DNA of 64,000 nt from the NCBI GenBank assembly GCA_044223005.1, contig JBGAML010000005.1:192001-256000 (forward strand), read 5' to 3'. A program made the translations under genes and the position numbers. Below, one piece after another: positions 9,917 through 19,618 of this stretch; the stretch's first letter is position 1, and each line of letters begins with the position of its first letter. The notes beneath the pieces are model-generated. The model had not been told where the DNA came from and made no database searches. It was given only the letters and a program-made list of their open reading frames with translations. Origin of the DNA: Candidatus Eiseniibacteriota bacterium. Its GTDB lineage: Bacteria; Eisenbacteria; RBG-16-71-46.

Positions 9917-11068
9917 ATGTCCGCGCTGAAAGCGATCCTGGACCAGCGGCTCGACCCCTCGTGGCGTCGAGCCGCGCCGTCTGCGCTCGTTCCCGACTGG
10001 GACGCGCGCGCGGCGGCATTGCGCGAGGTGAGCGCGGAGGTGGCGGACGCCGTCACGGTGTTCGTCGAGGCGCTCGCCGCCGCGGCGGACGACGCCGGCC
10101 TGGCCGCGGTGCGCAACGCGGCGCTCTCGCGCGAGAGCGGTGCGTTCACCGAGGCGCTGGCGATCGTGCCGCAGCTGCCGGTGGAGGAGAAGCGCGTCGT
10201 CGGCAAGGCCCTCAACCTCGGCAAGAAGCTCGTCGAGGACGCCGAGAAGGCCCGCCGCGAGGCGCTCGCCACCGCGCGCGAATCCGCGAGCGGCATCGAC
10301 GTGACCCTGCCCGGGCGCCGGCCGTTCGTCGGCCGTCCGCACGTGCTCGCCCAGGTGCGCGACGACCTGCTCGACCTCTTCCACGGGCTCGGGTTCTCGG
10401 TCTACACGAGCCCCGAGGTGGAGCTCGACGAGTACAACTTCGGCAAGCTCAACTTCGCGCCCGACCATCCGGCGCGCGACGCGCACGACACGTACTTCGT
10501 GAACCCCGACGTCGTGCTGCGCACGCACACGTCGCCGGGCTGGGTGCGTGCGATGGAGGAGCGCAAGCCGCCGCTGCGGCTCGTGTTCCCGGGGCGCGTC
10601 TACCGCGCCGAGGCCGTCGACGCGAGCCACATGGACCAGTTCCACCAGATCGACGGGCTGTTCGTGGACCGCGACGTGAGCATGGCCGACCTCAAGGCCA
10701 CGCTGAACACGTTCGCGCGCGCGATCTACCGCGCCGACCTGCCCACGCGCATCATCCCGATCTATTTCCCGTTCGTGGAGCCGGGCGTGCAGATGGACGT
10801 GCAGTGCGTCACCTGCTCCGGCACCGGCCGCGTGAAGGACGGCGCCGGCGAGAAGCGCTGCCCGGTGTGCAAGGGCACGAAGTGGGTCGAGGTGCTCGGG
10901 GCCGGCATGGTGCACCCGAACGTGTTCCGCGCCGTGGGCATCGATCCGGAGGAGTACACCGGCTTCGCCTTCGGCATGGGCCTCGAACGGATCGCGATGG
11001 GCCGCTACGGCATCCCCGAGATCCGGCTCTTCCTCGAGAACGACCTGAGGTTCCTGCACCAGTTCTGA
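9917..11068 (+). CDS. pheS: Phenylalanine--tRNA ligase alpha subunit
   Basis: HPARDAHDTYF, LRTHTSP, YFPFVEP, GAGMVHPNV, GFAFGMGLER. Confidence 0.97.
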   Translation: MSALKAILDQRLDPSWRRAAPSALVPDWDARAAALREVSAEVADAVTVFVEALAAAADDAGLAAVRNAALSRESGAFTEALAIVPQLPVEEKRVVGKALNLGKKLVEDAEKARREALATARESASGIDVTLPGRRPFVGRPHVLAQVRDDLLDLFHGLGFSVYTSPEVELDEYNFGKLNFAPDHPARDAHDTYFVNPDVVLRTHTSPGWVRAMEERKPPLRLVFPGRVYRAEAVDASHMDQFHQIDGLFVDRDVSMADLKATLNTFARAIYRADLPTRIIPIYFPFVEPGVQMDVQCVTCSGTGRVKDGAGEKRCPVCKGTKWVEVLGAGMVHPNVFRAVGIDPEEYTGFAFGMGLERIAMGRYGIPEIRLFLENDLRFLHQF

Positions 11069-11090
11069 CCCGCGAAACCCAAGGACCGCG

Positions 11091-13538
11091 ATGAAGCTCC
11101 CGATTTCCTGGCTGCGGTTGTGGATCGACGTCGACGCGACGCCCGAGCGGATCGCGGAGGCGCTCACCACGCGCGGCTTCTACGTCGAAGGCATCGAGAC
11201 GCACGGGCGCGAGTACCCCGGCATCGTGGTCGGGCGCGTGCTCGAAGCCGCCAAGCACCCGAACGCCGACAAGCTCAAGCTCTGCAAGGTGGACTCGGGC
11301 GCGGGCGAGCTGCAGATCGTCTGTGGCGCGCCGAACGTGATCCGCGACATGGTCGTGCCGCTCGCGACGCTCGGCACCGTGATGCCGAACGGCATGACGA
11401 TCCAGCGCGCGAAGATCCGCGGGATCGAGAGCGAGGGCATGCTGTGCTCGGCCCGAGAACTCGGGCTCTCCGAGGACCACAGCGGCATCCTCGACCTCGC
11501 CGCGATGTTCCCGCACCAGGACCTCACGATGGGCGAGCCCATCGACACCTACCTGCCGCCGCCCGACGCGGTGCTCGAGGTGGAGGTGCCGTTCAACCGT
11601 CCCGACGGCATGGGCATCGTCGGCCTCGCGCGCGAGGTGCGCGCGGCGCTCGGCGGGCGCTGGACGTCGTGGGCGCAGGGGCTGGTCGCCGCGCGCCCCG
11701 CGGCCCCGGCCGCGACGGGAACGTTCGATCTCGAGGTCGAGAACCCCGACGAGTGCTCGAGCTACTTCGCGCAGGTGGTGGAAAACGTGACGATCGGGCC
11801 GTCACCCGAGTGGCTCGTGCGGCGCCTCGCCGCGATGGGCCAGCGTTCGATCAACAACGTCGTCGACCTCACGAACCTGGTGCTGTTCGAGTTCGGCCAG
11901 CCGCTGCACGCGTTCGATCTCGCGCGGCTGACGGGCCAGGCGATCCGCGTGCGCCGCGCGCGTGCGGGGGAGAAGCTCGTCACGCTCGACGGCAAGGAAC
12001 GCGAGCTCACCTCCGAGATGCTCGTGATCGCCGACGCCCAGGTGCCGGTCGCCGTGGCCGGCGTGATGGGTGGCGCCGACAGCGAGGTGAAGGACTTCAC
12101 GAGCGCGCTGCTGCTCGAGTGCGCGCACTTCCGTCCGCAGCTCGTGCGCCGCACCGCGCGTGCGCTGGGACTGTCGACCGAGGCGAGCAAGCGCTACGAG
12201 CGCACGGTGGATCCGGGCATCGGCCCGGCGGCCGCGGCGCGCTTCCTGTCGCTGCTGCTCGAGCTCTGCCCGGGCGCCCGCCTCGGCGCGTGGCGCGACC
12301 GCCGCGTGCCGCTCGCCCCGCGCGCGCTCGAACTGCGCGCGTCGCGCTGCCGCCGGCTGATCGGCCTGCCGTTCGAGCCGGCGCGCTGCGCGGAACTGCT
12401 CGCCGGGCTCGAGTTCGGCGTCACCGGCACCGAGCCGCTCGCCGTGACCGTGCCGTCGTGGCGCTCGGACGTCTCGCTCGAGGACGACCTCGTCGAGGAG
12501 GTCGCGCGCGCGAACGGCTACGACCGCATTCCCGAGGCGCCGCTCGAGACGCACGGCGCGTTCGCCACCCGCACCGTGCGCGAGCGCATCGTGCGCCGCG
12601 CCCGCGAGTCGATGCTCGCGCTCGGCGTGACCGAGGCGTGGTGCGGCTCGCTCGTCTCCGAGGCCGAGGCGCTGGCCTGCGCGCCGTTGCTGGGCGATCC
12701 GCCGGCGCTGGTGCGGCTCGCCAACCCGATGAGCCGCGAGAGCGAGGTGCTGCGGCCGAACCTCGTGCCCGGGCTGCTGCGCGCCGTGGCGCACAACCTG
12801 AAGCAGGGGGCCGCCTCGGTCCGCCTCTTCGAGGTGGGCGCGGGGCTGCTCGATCGCGGGGACGCGCTGCCGGAAGAACGGCTCATGCTCGTGGCCGCGC
12901 TGACCGGCCCGCGCTGGCGGCACGCGCACGACGCCTCGCCGTCGGCACCGGCGCACGCCTACGACGTCCGCGGCGAGCTCGATTTTCTCGACCTCAAGGG
13001 CCTCGCGGAGGCCTGGTTCGGCGAGATGCGCATTGACTCGACCCAGTGGCGCGCCTATGCTGCCGCTGGTTGGAAACCCGGTGCCAGTGCGGAAGTTGCG
13101 TCCGGTCCTTCATGCATTGCATGGGCCGGAACGCTGGGCCAGGCGCTGTTGCGCCAGTGGGAGATCGAGCAGCCGGTCCACCTGTTCGTGGCCCTGCTCG
13201 AGCCGATCGCCGGCCTCACCGCCGCGTCCGTCCGCGCGAAGCTGCCGGGGCGGTTCCCGCCCGTGCGCCGCGACCTCGCGTTCTTCGTGCCGCGAGCCGT
13301 GACGCACGCGCGGGTGGAAGCGTCGCTCACCGGGGCCGCCGGCGAGACGCTTCGTTCGATCGAACTTTTCGACGTGTACGAAGGACCCGGCACTCCCGAG
13401 GGGATGAAGTCCCTCGCGTGGGCGCTCCAGTTCCAGCACGAGGAGCGTACGTTGACGGAGGCCGAGGTCCAGGAACTCCAGGCTCGCATGGTGGCGGCCG
13501 TCGCCAGGGACTGCGACGGTCGGCTGAGGGAACGATGA
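11091..13538 (+). CDS. pheT: Phenylalanine--tRNA ligase beta subunit
   Basis: KHPNADKL, IVCGAPN, SEGMLCS, NNVVDLTN, GQPLHAFD, RRDLAF. Confidence 0.97.
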   Translation: MKLPISWLRLWIDVDATPERIAEALTTRGFYVEGIETHGREYPGIVVGRVLEAAKHPNADKLKLCKVDSGAGELQIVCGAPNVIRDMVVPLATLGTVMPNGMTIQRAKIRGIESEGMLCSARELGLSEDHSGILDLAAMFPHQDLTMGEPIDTYLPPPDAVLEVEVPFNRPDGMGIVGLAREVRAALGGRWTSWAQGLVAARPAAPAATGTFDLEVENPDECSSYFAQVVENVTIGPSPEWLVRRLAAMGQRSINNVVDLTNLVLFEFGQPLHAFDLARLTGQAIRVRRARAGEKLVTLDGKERELTSEMLVIADAQVPVAVAGVMGGADSEVKDFTSALLLECAHFRPQLVRRTARALGLSTEASKRYERTVDPGIGPAAAARFLSLLLELCPGARLGAWRDRRVPLAPRALELRASRCRRLIGLPFEPARCAELLAGLEFGVTGTEPLAVTVPSWRSDVSLEDDLVEEVARANGYDRIPEAPLETHGAFATRTVRERIVRRARESMLALGVTEAWCGSLVSEAEALACAPLLGDPPALVRLANPMSRESEVLRPNLVPGLLRAVAHNLKQGAASVRLFEVGAGLLDRGDALPEERLMLVAALTGPRWRHAHDASPSAPAHAYDVRGELDFLDLKGLAEAWFGEMRIDSTQWRAYAAAGWKPGASAEVASGPSCIAWAGTLGQALLRQWEIEQPVHLFVALLEPIAGLTAASVRAKLPGRFPPVRRDLAFFVPRAVTHARVEASLTGAAGETLRSIELFDVYEGPGTPEGMKSLAWALQFQHEERTLTEAEVQELQARMVAAVARDCDGRLRER

Positions 13539-13876
13539 TGATGGACACCGCCGTCGTGACGACCGATCTCGACCGCCTCGCGGAACGAGTCGAAAAGGCC
13601 GCTGCCCTCGTGCAGGACCTGCGCGCGAAGCTGGCGCAGGCCGAGGCACGGCATCAGGAACTCGAGTCGCAGAAGGCGACGCTCGCCGCGGAGAAGGGCG
13701 AGCTGGAGCGCCGGCTCGAGGCGACGTCGTCGCAGCTGCAGGGCAACGATCCGGTGGCCCTCGTGGCCGAAGTCGCCGCGCTCAAGAAGGAGCAGCGCGA
13801 CTTCATGACCGAGCGCCGGGACGTGGCCAGCCGTATCGAATCGATCCTGAAGAAGCTCGACAAGATCGATTCGTGA
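13535..13876 (+). CDS. Coiled-coil protein, ZapB-like
   Basis: Heptad-rich, ~113 aa, between pheT and zapA; ATGA overlap with pheT. Confidence 0.6.
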   Translation: MMMDTAVVTTDLDRLAERVEKAAALVQDLRAKLAQAEARHQELESQKATLAAEKGELERRLEATSSQLQGNDPVALVAEVAALKKEQRDFMTERRDVASRIESILKKLDKIDS

Positions 13877-13991
13877 CACGCCGCCGCGGGTGTCTCCCGA
13901 AGTCCGCGTTCGCGGGCCTCGTGGGCCGGCGCGGCGGATTCGACCGAGAACCATGAGACACGCAGGGTAAAGCGGCGGGAGAGAGCGACCC

Positions 13992-14342
13992 ATGGATGCC
14001 TCCTCGACGGACACCACCTCGAATCCCCGCGGGGGCGAGGGCAAGAGCGTCGTCAACGTGCAGATCCTCGGACAGCATCTGGCCATCCGTGGCGAGGCCG
14101 ACCAGGATTACATCCTCGGGGTCGCCGGCTACGTGGACCGCAAGATGCGGGAGATCACCGAGAAGCTGCCGGTGGCGTCGCTTTCGAAGGTGGCCATCCT
14201 GGCCTCGCTCAACATCGCCGATGAGCTGTTCAAGGAGCGCGCGTCGCGCGAACGCGACGGTGCGGATCTCACGGATCGTACGGCACGGCTGCACGCGGTC
14301 CTCGACCGCCTCGACCAGCTGCTGACCGACACGCCCCTTTGA
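13992..14342 (+). CDS. zapA: Cell division protein ZapA
   Basis: VQILGQ, YVDRKM, AILASLNIADEL. Confidence 0.9.
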   Translation: MDASSTDTTSNPRGGEGKSVVNVQILGQHLAIRGEADQDYILGVAGYVDRKMREITEKLPVASLSKVAILASLNIADELFKERASRERDGADLTDRTARLHAVLDRLDQLLTDTPL

Positions 14343-14386
14343 TCCGCGGCCGTCCGCCGCGTGCACGAGCCCTCCTCGCGCGGTTC

Positions 14387-14563
14387 TCCCTGCCCTGCTC
14401 GTGATGTACCGGAGTTCTTGAACCAACACTCCACACACGGGTGTGGTGATGCCGGCGACGCCCGCCTCCGGCCGCGAGGCTGCGAGGATGGCCGACCCGG
14501 CTGAAGCCGCGCCCACCTGGCTCGCCAGGTCCCAAGAACGATGGTCACACGGCAGCGGCGGGG
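14387..14563 (+). ncRNA. ssrS: 6S RNA (boundaries approximate)
   Basis: Between zapA and rny; motifs TCTTGAACC, CCCACC, GGTCCCAAGA; complementary ends. Confidence 0.75.
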
Positions 14564-14614
14564 CTCTTTCTCCCTGCCTCCGTCCCGGACATCTCCGGGA
14601 CGCGGGGGAGTCCT

Positions 14615-16177
14615 ATGAATACGGCCATGATGGCGGGCGGCATCGGGATCGGTGTCGTCGTCGCGTTCGCGCTGGGCTGGTTCATCCGCTCGCAGCTCGG
14701 GCGTGCCCGGCTGCGTTCGGCCGAACAGCGTGCCCAGGCGGTGCTCGAGGAGGCGGCGAAGGAAGCCGACTCCAAGCGCCGTGATGCCGTGCTGCAGGGC
14801 CGCGAGGAGGCGCTGCGGCTCAAGCAGGACGTCGAGCGCGAGACGGCGGCCGCCCGCGCGGTGCAGCTCGAATCCGAGCGTGCGTTCCAGCAGAAGGAAG
14901 CCGCGTTCAACCGTCGCGTCGAGCTGATCGACAAGAAGGAACGCGACCTCAAGAAGCTCGAGACCGACATCGGCGTCCGCGAACAGGCGGCGGCCGGCCG
15001 GCAGGCGGAGCTCGACAAGCTCGTGCAGGAGCAGACGGCGAAGCTCTCGCGCATCGCGAACCTCTCGCCCGAGGAGGCGCGCCAGCAGCTGATCGCGTCG
15101 ATCGAGACCGAAGCGCGCGCCGAGGCCCAGCGCCGCGCGGCCGAGATCCGCGAGACGGCGACCCGCAACGCCGAGCGCGAGGCGCGCAAGACGATCGCGC
15201 TCGCGATCCAGCGCTACGCGGGCGACCACGTCAGCGAGACCAGCGTGTCGGTGGTGCACCTGCCCAGCGACGACATGAAGGGCCGCATCATCGGCCGCGA
15301 AGGCCGCAACATCCGCTCGTTCGAGATCATCACGGGCGTCGACGTGATCATCGACGACACGCCGGAAGCGGTGATCCTTTCGGGTTTCGATCCCGTGCGG
15401 CGCGAGATCGCGCGCCTCGCGCTCGAACGCCTGGTCGCCGACGGCCGCATCCACCCGGCGCGGATCGAGGAAGTGGTCGCGAAGGTGAAGGAAGAGGTCG
15501 AGGGCAAGATCCAGGAACTCGGCGAGATGGCCTGCCTGGAGGTGGGCATCCACGGCGTGCACGCGGAGCTGCAGCGCTACCTCGGCCGGCTGCACTACCG
15601 CACGAGCTACGGCCAGAACATCCTCCGGCACTCGATCGAGACCGCGCACCTCGCCGGCATGATGGCCGCCGAGATCGGCATGGACCAGCAGATGGCCAAG
15701 CGCGGCGGGCTCATGCACGACATCGGCAAGGCGATCGACCACGACCAGGAAGGCACGCACCCGGCGCTCGGCATGGAGCTGGCCGCGCGCTACGGCGAGC
15801 CGCAACCGGTGCTGGACGCGATCGGCTTCCATCACGACGACTACGCCGGCGGCAGCCTGTGGCCGGTGCTGATCGCCGCGGCCGACGCCATCTCCGGCGC
15901 CCGGCCGGGCGCGCGACGCGAGAGCCTCGAGATCTACATCAAGCGGCTCGAGGCGCTCGAGAAGATCGCCAACGCGTTCCCCGGCGTCGAGAAGTCGTAC
16001 GCGATCCAGGCGGGACGCGAAGTGCGCATCATGGTCGAGCACCACAAGGTCGACGACGCCCGTGCGCAGGGCCTCGCCAACGACATCGCGCGCCGCATCG
16101 AGAAGGAGCTGCAGTACCCGGGCCAGATCCGCGTCACCGTGATCCGCGAGACGCGCGCGGTGGACTACGCGAAGTGA
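14615..16177 (+). CDS. rny: Ribonuclease Y
   Basis: N-terminal TM, coiled coil, KGRIIGREGRNI (KH), HD domain, ADAISGARPGAR. Confidence 0.98.
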   Translation: MNTAMMAGGIGIGVVVAFALGWFIRSQLGRARLRSAEQRAQAVLEEAAKEADSKRRDAVLQGREEALRLKQDVERETAAARAVQLESERAFQQKEAAFNRRVELIDKKERDLKKLETDIGVREQAAAGRQAELDKLVQEQTAKLSRIANLSPEEARQQLIASIETEARAEAQRRAAEIRETATRNAEREARKTIALAIQRYAGDHVSETSVSVVHLPSDDMKGRIIGREGRNIRSFEIITGVDVIIDDTPEAVILSGFDPVRREIARLALERLVADGRIHPARIEEVVAKVKEEVEGKIQELGEMACLEVGIHGVHAELQRYLGRLHYRTSYGQNILRHSIETAHLAGMMAAEIGMDQQMAKRGGLMHDIGKAIDHDQEGTHPALGMELAARYGEPQPVLDAIGFHHDDYAGGSLWPVLIAAADAISGARPGARRESLEIYIKRLEALEKIANAFPGVEKSYAIQAGREVRIMVEHHKVDDARAQGLANDIARRIEKELQYPGQIRVTVIRETRAVDYAK

Positions 16178-16247
16178 CCCCGGTCGCGTTCCCGACGTCG
16201 CACGAATCCCCCCAGCCGCGCGCCTCGCGCGCCGGGAGTCCCCGTTC

Positions 16248-17942
16248 ATGACCAACGTCCTCTTCGTCGCCGACGTCGTCGGCTCGCCCGGTCGCGAAGC
16301 GCTGAAGCACGTGCTGCCCGAGCTGCGCCGGCGGCACGACGTGCACCTCGTCATCTGCAACTGCGAGAACTCCGCCGCGGGCATGGGCGTGACGCGCGAC
16401 GTGGCGCGCGACCTGTTCGCCGCCGGGTGCGACGTGCTCACGGGTGGCAACCACCTCTGGGACAAGAAGGAAGGCCACGAGTACATCGCCGAGGAGCCGC
16501 GGCTCGTGCGCCCGGCCAACCTGCCTCCGGGCACGCCGGGTGAGGGCTGGCGCGTGTTCCGCGCGACCAACGGCGTCACGGTCGGCGTCGTGGACCTGCT
16601 CGGGCGCGTGTTCATGCGCGAGGCCGACTGCCCGTTCCGCACCGCCGACGCGGCGCTCGCGGCGCTGAAGGACAAGGCGCAGGTCGTGTTCGTCGAGATC
16701 CACGCCGAGGCGACGGCCGAGAAGGTGGCGCTGGGCTGGCACCTCGACGGCCGCGCGAGCGCGGTGGTGGGCACGCACACGCACGTGCAGACGGCCGACG
16801 AGCGCGTGCTGCCCAAGGGCACGGCGTTCCTCTGCGACGCGGGGATGACCGGCGGCTTCGACTCGGTGATCGGCATGGATCGCGGCGCGGCGCTGCGGCG
16901 CTTCCTCACGTCGATGCCCGAACGGCTGGTGCCGGCGGACGGCGACCTGCGGGTCAACGCGGTGCTGCTCACGTTCGACGAATCGACGGGCCGCGCGACG
17001 GCGATCCGCCGGCTGCAGGTGCCGTACACCCGCGAGGGCGGTGCCGCCGAGGGCGCGCGCCTGCTGACGGGCGCGGAGCCGGCGGAGTCGGTGCACGTCG
17101 AGGCCAAGCTGCGCGCGCACGCGCTGCTCACGAGCGGCGTGACGCCGCGCCTCGCGCTGGTGTCGGTGGGTGACGACCCGGCGTCGCAGGTCTACCTCAA
17201 GAAGAAGTTCGAAGCGTGCGCGGCCGCGGGCATCACGGTCGATCGCGTGACGTTTCCCGCGGGCAGCACGACGGAGCAGGTGATCGCGAAGGTGCGCGCG
17301 CTGGGAGCCGACCCGGCGACGCACGGCATCCTGGTGCAGTTGCCGCTCGCGCCGCCGGCCGACGGCCAGGCCGCGCTCGAGGCGATCCCGCCGTTCAAGG
17401 ACGTCGACGGCTTCCATCCCGAGAACGCGGGCCGGCTCGCGCTCGGGCTCCCGGGCTTCCTGCCCGCGACGCCGTACGGCGTGCTGCGGCTGCTGCAGTA
17501 CTACGAGATCCCGCTGCGCGGGAAGCACGCCGTGGTGCTCGGGCGCAGCCACATCGTCGGCCGCCCGATGGCCACGATGCTGTCCAACAAGGGCAGCGAC
17601 ATGACCGTGACGATCGGCCACAGCGCCAGCGGCCCGCGCCTGCGCGAGCTCGCGCGCGAAGCCGACCTGATCGTCGCCGGCGTGGGGAAGAAGCACATGG
17701 TGACCGCCGACTGGGTGAAGCCGGGCGCGGTCGTCGTCGACGTGGGCATCCATCGCGTGCCCGCGCCGGACGGCAAGGGCAAGAGCCGCATCACCGGCGA
17801 CGTCGACTTCGACGCCGTGCGCCCGATCGCGGGTGCGATCACGCCGGTGCCGGGAGGCGTGGGCCCGATGACCGTGGCGATGGTCGTACTCAACACCGTG
17901 ATCGCGGCCGAGCGCCAGAGCGGCGCGGGCCTGCCCGCCTGA
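16248..17942 (+). CDS. folD: Fusion of YmdB (TIGR00282) metallophosphoesterase and FolD
   Basis: N-half GGNHLWD, HAEATAEK, GTHTHVQTADE, DAGMTG; C-half VGDDPAS.VY, HGILVQLP, KDVDGFHP, GRSHIVGRP, TPVPGGVGPMT; no stop between. Confidence 0.9.
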   Translation: MTNVLFVADVVGSPGREALKHVLPELRRRHDVHLVICNCENSAAGMGVTRDVARDLFAAGCDVLTGGNHLWDKKEGHEYIAEEPRLVRPANLPPGTPGEGWRVFRATNGVTVGVVDLLGRVFMREADCPFRTADAALAALKDKAQVVFVEIHAEATAEKVALGWHLDGRASAVVGTHTHVQTADERVLPKGTAFLCDAGMTGGFDSVIGMDRGAALRRFLTSMPERLVPADGDLRVNAVLLTFDESTGRATAIRRLQVPYTREGGAAEGARLLTGAEPAESVHVEAKLRAHALLTSGVTPRLALVSVGDDPASQVYLKKKFEACAAAGITVDRVTFPAGSTTEQVIAKVRALGADPATHGILVQLPLAPPADGQAALEAIPPFKDVDGFHPENAGRLALGLPGFLPATPYGVLRLLQYYEIPLRGKHAVVLGRSHIVGRPMATMLSNKGSDMTVTIGHSASGPRLRELAREADLIVAGVGKKHMVTADWVKPGAVVVDVGIHRVPAPDGKGKSRITGDVDFDAVRPIAGAITPVPGGVGPMTVAMVVLNTVIAAERQSGAGLPA

Positions 17943-17962
17943 GCCCGGGAGAGCTTGCCCCC

Positions 17963-19348
17963 ATGGCGCTGAGCCCACAGACCGACGAACGGATCCTGAC
18001 CGTCGGCGAGCTCACGCGCTCCATCAAGGAGACGCTCAACGAGGCGTACCCGGCGATCTGGGTGAAGGGCGAGCTGTCGGGCATGAAGCGGCCCGACAGC
18101 GGCCACCTCTACTTCAACCTGAAGGAAGGCACCGCCGCGGTGATCGCCTGCGCCATGTGGCGCGGCAGCGCGACGCGGCTCACCTTCGATCCGCGCGACG
18201 GCAACGAGGTCGAGGCGTTCGGCGAGATCGACGTCTATCCGCCGCGCGGAAACTACCAGTTCATCGTCAAGCAGATGCGCCCCGCCGGACTGGGCGCGCT
18301 GCTGCTGCAGCTCGAGGAACTCAAGCGCCGGCTCGCCGCCGAAGGCCTGTTCGAACCGGCGCGCAAGCGCCCGCTGCCGCGCTACCCCGCGCGCATCGGC
18401 GTCGTGACGTCGCCGGTCGGCGCCGCGGTGCGCGACGTGATCAAGGTGCTGCGCGGCCGGTGGCCCGGCATCGGCATCGTGCTCGCGCCGGTCAAGGTGC
18501 AGGGCATGGGCGCCGCGGCGGAGATCGCCGCGGCGATCGAGCGCTTCAACCGCTGGGGCGGCGTGGATGTACTCATCGTCGGGCGCGGCGGTGGTTCACT
18601 CGAAGACCTCTGGGCGTTCAACGAGGAGCCGGTCGTGCGCGCGATCGCCGGCTCGCGGATCCCGGTCATCTCCGCGGTGGGGCACGAGGTCGACACGACC
18701 CTCGCCGATCTCGCCGCCGACGTGCGCGCGGCGACGCCGAGCAACGCGGCCGAACTCGCCGTGCGCGACGCGTCGGAGATCCGCCACCGCGCCGACGCAC
18801 TCGCCGAGCGGCTGCGCCGCGCCGTGGACGACGCCGTCGCCGAACGCCGCCGGGCGCTCGCCGAACTGCAGGGCAAGTACGGCTTCCGCCGCGTGCGCGA
18901 CGTGTTCGCGACGTTCCAGCAGCGCGTGGACGAGGCGCGCATGCGCATCGACGCGCGCGTGCGCGACCGCGTCCGTTCGCTGCGCGAGCGGCTCGACGCG
19001 CTGGCTCGCGCCTACGGCCTGCGCGAGTTCCCGCGGCTGCCCGCGCGCAAGCGCGAGGAGCTGCAGTCGCTTTCGCGCCGGCTCACGCCCGCCGCCGTGG
19101 CGGCCGCGCTCGCCGAGCGCCGGCGCCTCGCGGCGCTGGACGACCGCCTGCGCGCGCTCTCGCCCCGGGCCGTCCTCGAGCGCGGATTCGCGCTCGTGCG
19201 GACACCCGACGGCGCGCTCGTCCGGGGCGCCGCCGCGCTCGCCACCGGAGACCGCCTGACCATCGAATTCGCCCGCGGCGAAGCCGACGCCGTGGTGCAA
19301 GATGTCCGCAAGGGAGGACGCCATGCCCGCGAAGAAGACGCCCGCTGA
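17963..19348 (+). CDS. xseA: Exodeoxyribonuclease VII large subunit
   Basis: WVKGELS, SGHLYF, GRGGGSLEDLWAFNEE, SAVGHE, ATPSNAAE. Confidence 0.97.
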   Translation: MALSPQTDERILTVGELTRSIKETLNEAYPAIWVKGELSGMKRPDSGHLYFNLKEGTAAVIACAMWRGSATRLTFDPRDGNEVEAFGEIDVYPPRGNYQFIVKQMRPAGLGALLLQLEELKRRLAAEGLFEPARKRPLPRYPARIGVVTSPVGAAVRDVIKVLRGRWPGIGIVLAPVKVQGMGAAAEIAAAIERFNRWGGVDVLIVGRGGGSLEDLWAFNEEPVVRAIAGSRIPVISAVGHEVDTTLADLAADVRAATPSNAAELAVRDASEIRHRADALAERLRRAVDDAVAERRRALAELQGKYGFRRVRDVFATFQQRVDEARMRIDARVRDRVRSLRERLDALARAYGLREFPRLPARKREELQSLSRRLTPAAVAAALAERRRLAALDDRLRALSPRAVLERGFALVRTPDGALVRGAAALATGDRLTIEFARGEADAVVQDVRKGGRHAREEDAR

Positions 19349-19613
19349 CGCCGCACCGATCGACTTCGAGGCCTCGATGAAGCGCCTCGAGGCCATCGTC
19401 GACGAACTCGAGAGCGGCGAGCTCTCGCTCGAGGACTCGATCGCCCGCTACGAAGAGGGCGTCAAGCTCTCGCGCGGCCTGACGGCCAAGCTCGACGAGG
19501 CCGAGAAGCGCATCGAGCGCCTGGTCGAGTCCGACGACGACGCGACGCCGCGCACGCAGCCGATGGAACTCGAGCTCCGCCCCGAGGACGCCTCGGGCGA
19601 GCTGCCGTTCTGA
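19323..19613 (+). CDS. xseB: Exodeoxyribonuclease VII small subunit
   Basis: FEASMKRLEAIVDELESGELSLEDSIARYEEG. Confidence 0.95.
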   Translation: MPAKKTPADAAPIDFEASMKRLEAIVDELESGELSLEDSIARYEEGVKLSRGLTAKLDEAEKRIERLVESDDDATPRTQPMELELRPEDASGELPF

Positions 19614-19618
19614 TCGCC

